Notes: a model not told the origin generated them from the sequence alone. A stretch of 64,000 nucleotides of DNA from Longimicrobiales bacterium (GCA_965202985.1 CBDBCF010000002.1:448001-512000); one strand, 5' to 3'; shown: positions 41,140 through 52,183, counted from the stretch's first letter. Translations and numbers: made by a program.

Positions 41140-44100
41140 GCCGCCGTCTCCTGTCCGTCCAGCCGCACGCCCACGACCGAGGACACGCCCGGCTCCTGCA
41201 TCGTGACGCCGTAGATCCAGTCGGCGGCCTCGATCGTCCGCGGGTTGTGCGTGACGACCACGAACTGGGTGTCCGACTTGAATCCCTGCAGGAGGCGAAT
41301 GAAGCGCCCGATGTTGGACTCGTCCAGCGGTGCGTCCACTTCGTCCAGCACGCAGAACGGGCTGGGCTTGACCAGGTAGATGCCGAAGAGCAGCGACAGC
41401 GCGGTCAAGGCCCGCTCGCCGCCGGACAGCAGGTCGATCCGCTGGGTGCGCTTGCCGCCCGGGGCCGCGTGGATCTCGACGGGCGATTCCAGGGGGTTCT
41501 CGGGGTCGGCCAGCCACAGGTCCGCTTCGCCGCCGCTGAAGAGGTGCTGGAAGGTGCGGCGGAAGTTCTCCTTGATCGCTTCGAAGCTGGTCATGAACAG
41601 CTCGGTGGCGGTCGCGTTGATCTGCCGGATCGCGGCGCGAAGGTCGTCGCGGGCAGCCACCAGGTCCTCCCGCTGCTTCGCCAGGAAGTCCAGGCGCGCC
41701 CGCTCTTCGGCGTGCTCTTCGACCGCGAGCATGTTCACGGGCCCGATCCGCTCCAGCCCGGACGCGATCTCCGCCAGCTCGGCCCGAAGCTCCTCTGGAT
41801 CGCCCTTCGCCGGCCCCGCCTCGGCAAGGAGCGCCTCCAGGGGCCGGCCCCATTCGCTCTCGAGCCTGTCCCGCACCCGCTCCGCTTGGTTCGCCACGTC
41901 CTGCCGCGCCAGCTCCAACCGGTGGCGATGGTCCGCGGCCTCCCGCTCGGCGCTCCTGATCTTCCTGACCCGATGCTCGGCCTCCAAGGCAGCTTCGGCC
42001 GCCGACTGAAGCGTCTCGTCGCGTTGCGAGAGCAGCTCTCGCGCCTGGTCCCGCTCGGTCGCCAAGCGGTTCAGCGCCTCGCTCCCGTCCCCGGCGGACT
42101 TGCGCAGGGTGGTCAGCTCCTCGTCCAGCCCGGCGGCTTCCTGTCGCAGGTCCGCAAGCCCGGCCTCTGCCCGTTCCACGGCTTGCGTCACGTCGGAGAG
42201 CCGCGCCCGAACGCGCTCCGCCTCGCTCTCGGTGCGGGCCGCCCGAATCGCGGCCTCCGCCTCGGCGTCCCGAGCCTGCTCCCACTCGGCCTCGACCGCC
42301 GCCAGCGCCGTTCGGCGGTCGTTCAGCCGCGCCGACAGCGCCCCCTCTTCCTCCACGCGCCGTGCCCGCTCCTCCACGGCGTTCCGTTCCCGCTCCACCG
42401 CCCGGTCCCGAGCCGCCCGCCCTGCTTCCAGCTGGCGCGCCACCTCTTCCTGATGCCGCGCCAGCCGTTGCCGCCGGTCGTCGTGGGCCAGCGCCTCCGA
42501 TTCGGCCGCGCGGGCCTCGTCCCGGGCCTCGAGCAGCCGCTCGGAGGCTGCGTCCGCCTGGGACTCGCTCCGGGCGACCTCGCCTTCCAGCCGCTCGCGC
42601 GCCTCCTTGGCGCCCGCCAAGCCGTGGCGCGCCTCGTCCGCCGCCCGCTCCAGCTCGGCCAGCCGCTCCCGGCGCTCCAGCCGACCCCCGCCGGTGCGAT
42701 CCGCCACCAAGTGCACAGCGCCTCGCGGATCGGTCCAGCGCGCAGCCTGCGCGGCGCCTTGCCCCTCTCTCCGACCCGCTGCGATCCCGCCCAGAAGGGC
42801 GCGCACCCAAGGCGCCCCGGCCCCGGTTGCCGAGACCCCGTCGGGGAACGCCCCAGGGCTGCCGTCGGGCACTCGATCCAGCGGCAACAGGACCAGCGTG
42901 GGCCTGGCGTCGTCGGTGCGGGCGTCGTACCAGTCGCACACGCGCTCTACGGCGTCGGCGTTCGGCACCACCAACGCGCATCCGAAGCGGCCCAGCAGCG
43001 CGTCCACGGCCTGCGCCGAGGCTTTTCCGGGGCCGCCGGTCACCTTCACGAAGTCGGACAGCAGGCCGTCCACGTCGTCCGGGAGGGCGTCCAGCGCTTC
43101 CGCCGCCAGCGCTTCGGAGCCCTCGCCCGAGCGGAGGGCCGCGCGCAGCGCTTGCGCTTCGGCCTCCAGCGCGGCCGCTTGCGGTTCGGCGTCCGTTTCC
43201 GCCGACCTTGCCGCCCGCATGCGTTCCCGCAGTCCTTCCATCTGTCGGCGGGCCTCGTCGAAGGCGCGAGCGGCCTCCGACGCCTTGGCGGCCAACTCGG
43301 TCTGCCGGTTGGCAAACAGATCGCCCTGGGCCTGCAGCTCCTCCAGCGTGCCGTCGCCTTCCTTGGAGCTCCGGGACAGCCGTTCCAGCCGCCGGCCCAG
43401 CTCGTCGGCCTGGACCCGCGCGCTCTCCCGGTCGCCTTCGGCCTGGGCGATCCGACGAGCCACTGCACGAGCGCTCTCCTCGAGCTCGCGAACGCTCTCC
43501 CGCGCCGCTTCCAGGCGTTCGCGGACTTGGGTCACGTTGTTCGAGCGTTCCGTAAAGTTGGAGCGTGCAACTTCAATGTTGGATTCACGTTGGCTCAGGT
43601 CTTCGCGCAGTTCCGTCAGCTCGTCCGCCGAGCGCGTGCGAAGGCGTTCCAGCCCCTTTGCGTCCCCGCCGATCTGGTCGAAGCGACGCTCCGCAGCGGC
43701 CATCCGCTCCCCGGCCACCGCGACCTCGGTCTCCACCCGCGCCAGCTCGCTCCGCACCGAGTCGAAGCGGGTCGCCGCCTCGCCCCGCCCCTTCTCCGCC
43801 CCGACCTGCGCCAAGCGCGCCGCTTCCAGACCCGCCTCCGCTGCGCCCAGCTGGGCCGCGGCGCCTGCGCCCTCTTCCGTGCCTTGGGCCAGTTCGGCGT
43901 CCACGCGAGCCAGCTCGGCCTCCAGCGCCTCCAGGTCGAAGCGCACGACCGCCACCTCCACGGCCAGCCGTCGCGCCCGCAGCTCCTGGTAGCGCTGGGC
44001 CTTTCCCTTCTGACGGGCCAGCGACCGGACCTTGGTGCGGACCTCGGCGATCACGTCCTCCACCCGTTGCAGGTCCACCTCCGAGGTCTCCAGCCTGCGA

Positions 44101-44633
44101 AGCGCGGCTCGGCGCCGGTCCTTGTACTTGCCGATCCCGGCGGCCTCCTCGAACAGCGACCGTCGCTCGTCGGTGCGCTCGGAGAGGATGGCGTCGATCA
44201 TGCGGATCTCGATCACCGAGTAGGCGTTCGCCCCCAGGCCCGTGTCCCTGCACAGGTCCACGATGTCGCGCAACCGGCAGGCCGTGCGGTTCAGCCGGTA
44301 GTCGCTGCCGCCGTCGCGGTAGACGGTACGGCTGATCTCCACCTCTTCGAACGGCGTGGGCAAGACGCCGTCCTCGTTCGACACGACCATCGACACCGAA
44401 CCGCGGTTCACGGGCTTGCGGGCGACCGTGCCCTGGAAGATCGCCTCTTCCATCTTGGCGCCGCGGATCGCCGTCGGGCGCTGCTCGCCCAGGACCCAGC
44501 GGATCGCGTCGCCGACGTTGGACTTGCCGCAGCCGTTGGGGCCCACCACCGCCGTGATGCCGTCGTGGAACTCGATTCGCGTGGGGTCGGGGAATGACTT
44601 GAAGCCGTGCAGCCGCAGGGAGCGGAGCTTCAT
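41136..44633 (-). CDS. smc: Chromosome segregation protein SMC
   Basis: [19 protein letters not shown] and LDEVDAPLD motifs; long coiled coils. Confidence 0.96.
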   Translation of the reverse strand: MKLRSLRLHGFKSFPDPTRIEFHDGITAVVGPNGCGKSNVGDAIRWVLGEQRPTAIRGAKMEEAIFQGTVARKPVNRGSVSMVVSNEDGVLPTPFEEVEISRTVYRDGGSDYRLNRTACRLRDIVDLCRDTGLGANAYSVIEIRMIDAILSERTDERRSLFEEAAGIGKYKDRRRAALRRLETSEVDLQRVEDVIAEVRTKVRSLARQKGKAQRYQELRARRLAVEVAVVRFDLEALEAELARVDAELAQGTEEGAGAAAQLGAAEAGLEAARLAQVGAEKGRGEAATRFDSVRSELARVETEVAVAGERMAAAERRFDQIGGDAKGLERLRTRSADELTELREDLSQRESNIEVARSNFTERSNNVTQVRERLEAARESVRELEESARAVARRIAQAEGDRESARVQADELGRRLERLSRSSKEGDGTLEELQAQGDLFANRQTELAAKASEAARAFDEARRQMEGLRERMRAARSAETDAEPQAAALEAEAQALRAALRSGEGSEALAAEALDALPDDVDGLLSDFVKVTGGPGKASAQAVDALLGRFGCALVVPNADAVERVCDWYDARTDDARPTLVLLPLDRVPDGSPGAFPDGVSATGAGAPWVRALLGGIAAGRREGQGAAQAARWTDPRGAVHLVADRTGGGRLERRERLAELERAADEARHGLAGAKEARERLEGEVARSESQADAASERLLEARDEARAAESEALAHDDRRQRLARHQEEVARQLEAGRAARDRAVERERNAVEERARRVEEEGALSARLNDRRTALAAVEAEWEQARDAEAEAAIRAARTESEAERVRARLSDVTQAVERAEAGLADLRQEAAGLDEELTTLRKSAGDGSEALNRLATERDQARELLSQRDETLQSAAEAALEAEHRVRKIRSAEREAADHRHRLELARQDVANQAERVRDRLESEWGRPLEALLAEAGPAKGDPEELRAELAEIASGLERIGPVNMLAVEEHAEERARLDFLAKQREDLVAARDDLRAAIRQINATATELFMTSFEAIKENFRRTFQHLFSGGEADLWLADPENPLESPVEIHAAPGGKRTQRIDLLSGGERALTALSLLFGIYLVKPSPFCVLDEVDAPLDESNIGRFIRLLQGFKSDTQFVVVTHNPRTIEAADWIYGVTMQEPGVSSVVGVRLDGQETAA

Positions 44634-44637
44634 GAGG

Positions 44638-45000
44638 TCACGCTTCCTCCAGCACCATCGACTGGGCGTCTCCCCACAGCTCCTCGAGCCGGTAGAAGTC
44701 CCGGACGGCGGGGTGGAAGACGTGGACCACGTAGTCGATGTAGTCCAGCAGCACCCAGCGGGCGTGGTCCAGTCCCTCCACGTGGCTGGGCCGACTCCCG
44801 GCGGCCTTGGCCGAATCCAGGACGTGATCGGCGATGGCGCGGACCTGGACGTCCGAACGGCCCGTGGCGACGACGAAGAAGTCGGTGGCGGGCGACAGGT
44901 TCCGCAGGTCGAGCACGGTTACGGCGGAAGCCTTGCGGTCCAAGGCGCAGCGGGCGGCCTGCCGCACGTCGGGCGGCATGTCGAAGGGCTCCCGCGTCAA
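44638..45000 (-). CDS. rsfS: Ribosome silencing factor
   Basis: DFFVVATG, WVLLDY and FYRLEELW motifs. Confidence 0.94.
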   Translation of the reverse strand: MTREPFDMPPDVRQAARCALDRKASAVTVLDLRNLSPATDFFVVATGRSDVQVRAIADHVLDSAKAAGSRPSHVEGLDHARWVLLDYIDYVVHVFHPAVRDFYRLEELWGDAQSMVLEEA

Positions 45001-45452
45001 GCCGGCTCGGCCTCCACGACCACCTTGACCTCGACCTCCACGTCGGGTCCCAGCCGGACCGGCACCCGGTACTCGCCGACGGCCTTGATCGGCTCGTCCA
45101 GCACCACGTCCCGACGGTCCACCTCGAAGCCGACGCCGGAGGCCGACGCCTGCTCGGCGATGTCGCGGGTGGTGACGGAGCCGAACAGCTTGCCCTCGTC
45201 GCCGGCCTTGGCGGCGAAGGCCAGCGTCTTGCCTTCCAGCAGGGACGCGCGGCGGTTGGCCTCCAGGTAGTCCCGGCGGGCCTGCTCGGTTCGGCGACGG
45301 CGCTCTTCCTCGATCCGCTTGACGTTGGCCTCGGTCGCCCGGTAGGCGAGGCCCTTGGGGATCAGGTAGTTGCGGGCGTAGCCGGGCTTCACGTTCACCA
45401 CTTGGCCCGGCGACCCCAGGTGCTCGACGGCCTCGCGCAGAATCAGCTTCAT
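44997..45452 (-). CDS. rplI: 50S ribosomal protein bL9
   Basis: [12 protein letters not shown] and GKLFGSV motifs; ATGA-coupled to the upstream ORF. Confidence 0.96.
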   Translation of the reverse strand: MKLILREAVEHLGSPGQVVNVKPGYARNYLIPKGLAYRATEANVKRIEEERRRRTEQARRDYLEANRRASLLEGKTLAFAAKAGDEGKLFGSVTTRDIAEQASASGVGFEVDRRDVVLDEPIKAVGEYRVPVRLGPDVEVEVKVVVEAEPA

Positions 45453-46243
45453 GCCACGTGGTCCTTGGTGTAGGGAAGGAGCGCCAGGAACCGGGCCCGC
45501 TTCACGGCCGCGCCCAATCGCCTCTGGAACGCCGCCGTCACCCTCGTGGTGCGCTTGGGCAGGATCTTCCCCTGCTCGGTCAAGAACCGCGACAGCGTGG
45601 CCACGTCCTTGTAGTTGAGGAGCACCACGGGCGGTCCCTCGTGGCGCCGGCGCCGGCCGCGGGTGCCCGAGAACTCGGGCGGGCCGGAACGGGGCGGCGG
45701 CGCGGGGCCGGCGGACTCGTCCGCCGATTCGTCTGGGGCCGCTTCGCCTTCCGTGGCGGCGGCTTCTCCCTCGATCGCGGCTGCTTCCGGCGTCTCGGGT
45801 TCGCCGGGCGCGGACGCCGCGTCGCTTTCGTCGGCTGCATGGGCGGCCCCGTCGTCGGTTTCCAGCGGATCGGCTTCGAGCTGGTCGGCGTCGTCCTCCG
45901 AGGCTTCGTCCGCCAGGTGGGCGGCGTGCGGTCGGCTCGCCAGCAGCGACGCGCCCGACGTGGACTGTCCCTTGTTCAGGACGATGAGGTGCCGCAGCAC
46001 TTCCTCGTCCAGCTTCACCAGCCGCTCGAACTCGGGCAGCGCCGTGGGGTCGGCGGAGAACTGGGCGACCGCGTAGTAGGCGGTTTGCGCCTTGGCGATG
46101 GGATACGCCAGCTGGCGGACGCCCCAGTGGTCCAGCGCGGTGACTTCGCCGTCCAGGACCGAGTGGAAGGCGTCCAGCTTGGCGTCCACGGCCTCCCGCT
46201 CCAGGGAGGCGTCCATGACGTAGACGATCTCGTAGGCTTTCAT
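45449..46243 (-). CDS. rpsF: Fused 30S ribosomal proteins bS6-bS18 (rpsF-rpsR)
   Basis: N-terminal YEIVY...[10 protein letters not shown]...EVLRHL (S6); C-terminal [21 protein letters not shown]...[11 protein letters not shown] (S18); no stop between them. Confidence 0.92.
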   Translation of the reverse strand: MKAYEIVYVMDASLEREAVDAKLDAFHSVLDGEVTALDHWGVRQLAYPIAKAQTAYYAVAQFSADPTALPEFERLVKLDEEVLRHLIVLNKGQSTSGASLLASRPHAAHLADEASEDDADQLEADPLETDDGAAHAADESDAASAPGEPETPEAAAIEGEAAATEGEAAPDESADESAGPAPPPRSGPPEFSGTRGRRRRHEGPPVVLLNYKDVATLSRFLTEQGKILPKRTTRVTAAFQRRLGAAVKRARFLALLPYTKDHVA

Positions 46244-46249
46244 GTTCGT

Positions 46250-46320
46250 TCTCGGGAACTCCCCTGGACCGCAGGTCGAAAAGACGGGCCCCGCCTTCCC
46301 TTGGGCGGAGCGGGCTCGGT
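46250..46320 (-). promoter_or_regulatory. Putative S6:S18 autoregulatory mRNA leader
   Basis: Hairpin GCUCCGCC-CAAGGGAA-GGCGGGGC immediately followed by CCG, upstream of GGGGAG; extended -10 TGcTATCTT at 46331-46339. Confidence 0.55.
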
Positions 46321-46455
46321 GCGAGCACGAAAGATAGCACGCCTTGATTCTGGCGCCGAATCCCGGCCTATTGTACCGTTCGCGTTGGCCAAAACGCCGA
46401 AACAGCTTCGGCCAACGTCAGACCATTCACGGCAACAGAGGGTCGCCCTCCCAAC

Positions 46456-47538
46456 ATGGACTTCACATTCGCCGGCGCTCGGGCCAGCGACACCTTCGGC
46501 TGGTTTGCGCGCGGGCTGCGGAACGTCATGGAGTCGGAAGGCCATCGCTACACCGACGAGGCCAACGACGCCAAGCTCGTGGTGAACTTCTTCCCGAGGG
46601 ACGAACCGCGCCCGGTGCGCCGCAACGCGCAGGCGGTGTTCGTTTGCGCCGTCACCGAGTTCCCGGCGCCGTTCACGGACCCGATCCCCCAGGGCTACCC
46701 GACGCTGATCCGAGCGCTGGCCAACTTGGCCGTGGGGCTGGTTCCCGGCGACCACGAAGACCCGGACGTGCACTTCGTGACGCCCGAGCAGGGACACTAC
46801 ACCGTCTCGGGCAACTCGAACCGAAGCCGCTACTTCGAGCAGGTGTACCAGCGCATTCATCCCTTGGCGTCGTCCACGCTGGTGATCGAGAACTTCTTCG
46901 AGCCCGACTTGCCCGAAGCGCTGTGGGGGGGCAACGAGACCACGCAGTCGATCTATCGGGCCGGGCGCAACCTGGACGGACTGGACCTGCTGCCGGCCCC
47001 CTTCCCCATCGACAAGCTCCTCCCCGAGCGGGACTTCCACCACGTCAAGCGGCTGTTCGGCATCGGCGGCCTGTCGTACGGCAACGTGTCGGCCCGCCAC
47101 GACGACAAGTGGTTCTGGATGAGCGCCAGCGGCGTGGACAAGTCCAACCTGCGCGAGATCGGGCGAGACATCCTGATGGTCAAGGACTACGACCCCGAGC
47201 GGAACGGGATGCGGGTCGGCCATCCGCCCGGCGTCGAGCCCCGGCGCGTGTCCGTGGACGCCATCGAGCACTGGATGATCTACCGGGAGCACCCCCGGGT
47301 CGGCGCGATCCTTCACGTCCACGGCTGGATGGAGGGCATCCCGTCCACCGAGTTCAACTTCCCCTGCGGCACCCGCGAGCTGGGCAAGGCGGTCGCGGAC
47401 CTGGTGCGCGAGGCCGACGACCCGGCCCGCTGCGTGGTCGGCCTCAAGAACCACGGCCTGACGATCACCGGCGCGGACCTGGACGAGATCTTCGAGCGCA
47501 TCGACGGCCGCATCCTCCCGACGGTGCCGATGGACTGA
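46456..47538 (+). CDS. Class II aldolase/adducin-fold protein with long N-terminal extension
   Basis: GNVSAR, SASG, EHWMIY, LHVH and KNHG motifs; GAGGG RBS. Confidence 0.8.
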   Translation: MDFTFAGARASDTFGWFARGLRNVMESEGHRYTDEANDAKLVVNFFPRDEPRPVRRNAQAVFVCAVTEFPAPFTDPIPQGYPTLIRALANLAVGLVPGDHEDPDVHFVTPEQGHYTVSGNSNRSRYFEQVYQRIHPLASSTLVIENFFEPDLPEALWGGNETTQSIYRAGRNLDGLDLLPAPFPIDKLLPERDFHHVKRLFGIGGLSYGNVSARHDDKWFWMSASGVDKSNLREIGRDILMVKDYDPERNGMRVGHPPGVEPRRVSVDAIEHWMIYREHPRVGAILHVHGWMEGIPSTEFNFPCGTRELGKAVADLVREADDPARCVVGLKNHGLTITGADLDEIFERIDGRILPTVPMD

Positions 47539-47642
47539 ACCGGGCTGGGCTTGCGAGCCCCGTCTCGCGGATCCGATCTGGGGACCTGCAAACGCTGGTC
47601 GAACCCTGCAGAATCCCTTTGGCTATCTTGGCCAATGCGGTC

Positions 47643-47659
47643 TTGGCACGCTTCTTGCT
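47643..47659 (+). promoter_or_regulatory. Sigma54 (-24/-12) promoter
   Basis: TTGGCACGCTTCTTGCT, exact GG-N10-GC spacing, ~55 nt before the ATG. Confidence 0.75.
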
Positions 47660-47713
47660 GGTATCGAACGCGATCGACACGCGCGTTTGTCCGGCAGAAA
47701 AAGGAGCAGCCAA

Positions 47714-50044
47714 ATGAATCCGCGCACCTTCAAGGCCACTCGGATGACCGGCCCTGCGGCGAGCCTCGGATGCTGCTTGGCTCTGTGCCTCGCTCTCGCG
47801 GGCGATGCGGGGGGTCAGTCGAGTCGCGCCGCGCCCTGGTCGCTTCGCACCGTGGACGGTGTCTCTGGCACGCCGGTCGACGGGGTGCGGGTCGTCTTTC
47901 CCGACTACTCGGCCACCAGCTTCTCGGGCGAGGGCGGGATCGTTCCTGGGCACGGCGCGCGCGGGTCCGTCCGCGTCTTGGCCACTCGGCTGGGGTACGC
48001 CGACGTGGACACCGTGCTGGCGGTTCCGCTTGACGGAGACGTAAGGGAACTCGGGCTGCAGCGTGCCGCGGTCGCGCTGCCGTCGCTGACCGTGGCGGCC
48101 GAGCGCGGCATGACCTCGAGGGAACTCCAGCGGATCATGTTCGAGCGCGAGGTGGCCGTCGGGGCGATCGGCGTGACCAAGGCCGAGGTGGAGGCGGTGC
48201 CGCCCATGGGCGAGGCGGACGTGTTCCGCAGCCTGCAGTCGTTCGCGGGCGTTTCCAGCGTGAACGACTTGACGGGCCAACTCTTCGTGCGCGGGGGCGG
48301 CAGCGACCAGGTCGCCGTGTACATGGACGGCGCGCCCGTGTTCGGTCCGTTTCACATGCTTGGCCTGTTCGGCGCCTTCAACCCGGACGTGGTCGAGTCC
48401 ACCGAGTTCTACCGGGGCTCGATTCCGGCGCGTCACGGCGGCGCCCTCTCGGGCGTGTTGTCCTCCACCCAACGGGCCGGAGGCGCGTCGAAGACGAGCG
48501 TGCGGGGCGGTCTCAGCCTGCTCGGGCTCCGCGCCACGGCCGACGGCTCGCTGTCCTCGGGCGACATCCGCTGGATCGCGGGCGCCCGGCGGGCCTCGGT
48601 CGACGTGGCGCCGCTCGGGATGCCGTACTCGTTTCAGGAGGTGAACCTGGGCCTGCAGGCGCACGCTTGGGAGAACCACCGGGTCCGGGGGTCCTTCTTT
48701 GCCTCCACCGACCGATTCGAGTGGGATTCCTGGGGACCCGAGGCCTACGGCTCGGCGGGCTCGGACTGGTCGAACTTGGCGGCGTCCGTTTCCTGGTCCT
48801 GGGTTCGCGGCAACCGAGTCAACAGCGAGGCGACGGCGTACTACAGCCGCTACAGGGGGACTCGGTTCGAAGGCGGCGTGGATGCGTCCGTCGCGGCGCC
48901 GGCTACCACCAGCGGGGTCCAGGTGGCCGGCGTCCGAGCAGGAGTCACGCTGCGCGGAGACCGCTCGGGGATCCGGGCCGGAGTCGCGGTCGAGGGCGGA
49001 CCCGTCGAGGTGCGAGGCGCAGCGGACGGCGGATACGTGAGCGGGGACGTCGTGGGGTCGTACCTGCACGGCTCGGTCTTCGCCGAGGCCGAGCGCTGGA
49101 TCGGTCCGGTGCGCTTGGCCCCGGGCGTTCGGGCGGGCATGGAGCGCCGAAGTTCGCGAACGTTCGTGGAGCCGCGCTTCTCAGTGCGTTGGCAGGCCGG
49201 CAGCTTCGCGGTCAGCGCCAGCTTGGATCGGTCGTATCAGTTCATGTCGGTGCTTCGCGACGCCTACTCGCTGGTTCCCGGCGCTCGCATATGGTTCCTT
49301 CACCAAGCAGAGCAGCCGGAGTCGGCGGCCGACGGCGCGAGCTTGGCGCTGGACACCTGGAAGGGCGAGGATTGGACGGCCACCGTAACGGGCTGGGCGA
49401 GGCGGTTCCACGACGTTCCCCACTGGCGTCCGGCGCGGGTCCGCGACTTCTCGGAGATGCAGTTCCACGACGGAAGCGCCCGCGGCGTGGACGTGACGGT
49501 TCAGAAGCACGCGGGACAGGTTCGAGGCTGGCTGTCCTACCAGTGGGCGGAAGTCCGCTTCACCGACGACGCCGGCACGACGTACTTCCCCCAATGGGAC
49601 CGGCGTCACGAGGGCGAAGGCGTGTTGACGGCCGACGTGAGCGACCGGCTGACCTTGTCGCTTCGCGGCACGGTCGGCTCGGGAGCGCCCTTTTGGTTCC
49701 CGGCTGGACATATCGCTGCCCTTCGCTACGACCCGTCTCAGCCGTCGGGGCTGGGACCCGTCGGCTACCTTGCACAGTCCGACCACGTGACGCTCTGGTC
49801 GGACATGCAGGGCCGGGTCCCGCTGTACTCGCGGTACGACGTGTCGGCCCGCTACGCGATTCGGTGGGGTTCGTGGGAGCTCGTCCCCTTCGCGTCCGTC
49901 GTCAACGCAACGAGTCGCGAGAACATCCTGTACTACATCGATGTCGGCTACATCGACCGGCGCGACGGGGGCTTCGAGCCTCACATCTCGTACCAGACGC
50001 ACATGCCTCTGGTCCCGTTCATCGGGATCGACTTCAGCTTCTGA
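47714..50044 (+). CDS. TonB-dependent outer membrane receptor
   Basis: Signal peptide; plug motifs GEADVFRSLQ, VRGGGSDQ and GAFNPD; C-terminal Phe; AAGGAG RBS. Confidence 0.88.
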   Translation: MNPRTFKATRMTGPAASLGCCLALCLALAGDAGGQSSRAAPWSLRTVDGVSGTPVDGVRVVFPDYSATSFSGEGGIVPGHGARGSVRVLATRLGYADVDTVLAVPLDGDVRELGLQRAAVALPSLTVAAERGMTSRELQRIMFEREVAVGAIGVTKAEVEAVPPMGEADVFRSLQSFAGVSSVNDLTGQLFVRGGGSDQVAVYMDGAPVFGPFHMLGLFGAFNPDVVESTEFYRGSIPARHGGALSGVLSSTQRAGGASKTSVRGGLSLLGLRATADGSLSSGDIRWIAGARRASVDVAPLGMPYSFQEVNLGLQAHAWENHRVRGSFFASTDRFEWDSWGPEAYGSAGSDWSNLAASVSWSWVRGNRVNSEATAYYSRYRGTRFEGGVDASVAAPATTSGVQVAGVRAGVTLRGDRSGIRAGVAVEGGPVEVRGAADGGYVSGDVVGSYLHGSVFAEAERWIGPVRLAPGVRAGMERRSSRTFVEPRFSVRWQAGSFAVSASLDRSYQFMSVLRDAYSLVPGARIWFLHQAEQPESAADGASLALDTWKGEDWTATVTGWARRFHDVPHWRPARVRDFSEMQFHDGSARGVDVTVQKHAGQVRGWLSYQWAEVRFTDDAGTTYFPQWDRRHEGEGVLTADVSDRLTLSLRGTVGSGAPFWFPAGHIAALRYDPSQPSGLGPVGYLAQSDHVTLWSDMQGRVPLYSRYDVSARYAIRWGSWELVPFASVVNATSRENILYYIDVGYIDRRDGGFEPHISYQTHMPLVPFIGIDFSF

Positions 50045-50060
50045 GCAAAGGGAGGCGGCC

Positions 50061-50867
50061 ATGTTCAACTTCAAGAGACTCGTCGCCGTTGTCGCACTTT
50101 CTGCGGTTCTGGGTGCCTGCGGCGACCTCGTGCACCCGGATCCGCCCTCGGACTTGGACGACCGGCTGATCCTGTTCGCGTTCCTGAACCCCGATTCCAC
50201 GCACCAACAGGTGGAGGTCAAGACGGCCGACAACATGTCTCGGGTCGAACTCCGGGAGCTCGCCGTTGCGATCTACAAGGGGACGCCCGGCGAAGGCGTC
50301 GACTGGACGCCGGTAGCGGCCTGGAAAGGCGCTCGCGGGACGGACTTGTGCAGGACCGGCTTCCCCAGGAACGACGTGGCCTGCGTACGTCTGGAGGTGA
50401 CGCTGGAACCGGGCGCCGTCTACAAGGTCGAGGCACGGGCGGAGGGGCGCGCCACGGCCAGCGGCACGACGACGGTGGTCGGCGGCTTCGATGTCGGGGA
50501 AGCCGAGATGACGGGCGGCCACGGGTCGCGGGCGATCCGGGCTTCCTGGACGGAGAGCACGGCGGCGCACCGCTACCTGATGGCCCTTCGGCGCCAGGAC
50601 GACTTCTGCGGCAACTGCATCAGGGCGTGGTACCGGGACCTGCGGAGCACGAGCTACGACGGTCCCGTGCCCGAGTCGGCGGTGGACAGCGCCGGCGTGG
50701 AGCCCATGCTGGACGTGATGGCGTTGGACGAGCACTTCCACTCCTACCTGCACAGCGGCCACGAGGGCAACTTCAGCACGGTGCAGCCGGCGCAGAACGT
50801 GGAGGGCGGGTTCGGCGTCGTGGGGTCGGCCACGTACCGAAGCCGAAAGATCGACTGGAAGCGGTAG
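50061..50867 (+). CDS. Lipoprotein, DUF4249-like receptor partner
   Basis: LGAC lipobox; NVEGGFGVVGS near the C-terminus; GGAGG RBS. Confidence 0.7.
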   Translation: MFNFKRLVAVVALSAVLGACGDLVHPDPPSDLDDRLILFAFLNPDSTHQQVEVKTADNMSRVELRELAVAIYKGTPGEGVDWTPVAAWKGARGTDLCRTGFPRNDVACVRLEVTLEPGAVYKVEARAEGRATASGTTTVVGGFDVGEAEMTGGHGSRAIRASWTESTAAHRYLMALRRQDDFCGNCIRAWYRDLRSTSYDGPVPESAVDSAGVEPMLDVMALDEHFHSYLHSGHEGNFSTVQPAQNVEGGFGVVGSATYRSRKIDWKR

Positions 50868-50917
50868 GGGCGATTTTGGGGGCCGGCGCTGGTCCCTTGC
50901 CCGGAGGGGCCTTCGGC

Positions 50918-52182
50918 CTACGCTTGGCGCAGCGCGTCGGCCACGGCGGGGACCAGCGCCAGGTAGCGGTCGTAGGCCCAGCGGGCGTCGGCCAACTCCA
51001 AGCGTTCGCGGTTGGTGTGCGCGTGGCGTTCCAGGCCAGGGGCGAAGCCGATCGTCGGGATGCCGCGGACGCCGCGCGTCCAGCCGCCGTCGGTGGCGAA
51101 CGTCCAGGGGCGGACGCGGGCGGGTTCTTCCGGGGCGTTCCTGGCGCCCACCGCGCGGGCCGCCGCGACGACGACCGGGTGGTCCCGGTCCATGAGGAAG
51201 CCGGGGCTCAAGATGCGCCGATCCTCTTCCACGCCGGTCCAGGTCCGCTGACGTTCGGTGGCCAGGCGGAACTCGAACTGCCAGTCCCAGTCGCTGGAAG
51301 GTGCGACCGCGGCCTCGACCTTGTTTCGCGCGCGGTCCAGCAGGTCTTCTTCCGTGTCGGTGGGCAGTATCCGCCAGTCCAGGGTCACGACGACGCGATC
51401 GGGAACGACGTTCAGGCTGGCGGGCGTGGCGTGGATCCCCGTGGCCACGACCGACGCCGGTCCCAGCACCGGGTCGCGTTCCTGGTCTCGGGCCAGGGCG
51501 TCCACGCCGGCCAGGATCGCGGGCACGGCGTCGAGCGCGTTGACGGCCCCGCTCGGCGCCGAGGCGTGGCCCGCCTTGCCGTGGGCGACGATTTCGATCT
51601 CCGCCCTGCCCCGGTGGCCGATCGCGATGTCGCCGTTGGTGGACTCGCCGATGATCACGGCGCCGGGCAGCGCGTCGCCGGGGAGACCTTCGCCGCGGTT
51701 GGGGCGCGTCAGTTCGTCCATGCCCCAGCCGCCGCGCTCCTCGAAGACGGGGTGGGCGACGATCAGATCGCACTCCAGCCGGCCCCGAAGCGCCGCGGCC
51801 ACATGGGTCTGGATCGCCAGCGGACCCTTGATGTCCATGGCGCCCCGGCCGTGCAGCCATCCGTCGGCCACGACGCCCCCGAACGGCGGATGCTCCCACT
51901 CGTCCCAGTCGCCCTCCGCCACCATGTCGGCGTGCGCGCTGAGCATGACGGGCGGCGCGTCGCCGCCCCGGCCGCGGATCAGACCGACGGGGCTGCCCAG
52001 CGCGTCGACCCTGGCCTCGTCGTAGCCCAGCGCCTCCATCTCCCTCACGACGCGGTGGGCCAGCAGCTCCTCCTCTCCGGACAGCGACGGGAGCTGGATC
52101 AGCTCCTGGGCGAAGGCGACGGCCCCTTCGAACGACGGAGACAGGCCCTCCGGGGCGCGCGTTGCCGCCGGGCTCGGGGGCA

Positions 52183-52183
<1 letters not shown>
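50918..52183 (-). CDS. M20 family metallohydrolase (ArgE/DapE/YgeY-like)
   Basis: AHADMV, GRGAMDIKG, FEE, GHAS, ATDG and HAH motifs; TGATG-coupled to hppA. Confidence 0.85.

Noticed and set aside
43520..43600. AT-richer patch inside smc
   Set aside because: In frame and compatible with coiled coil; too short to support an insertion or intein.
41247..44597. Long antisense and alternative-frame ORFs (also 52162..54303, 12036..13982 and many Arg/Pro/Gly-rich ORFs)
   Set aside because: Shadow ORFs expected from high GC; they overlap well-supported genes and carry no motifs.
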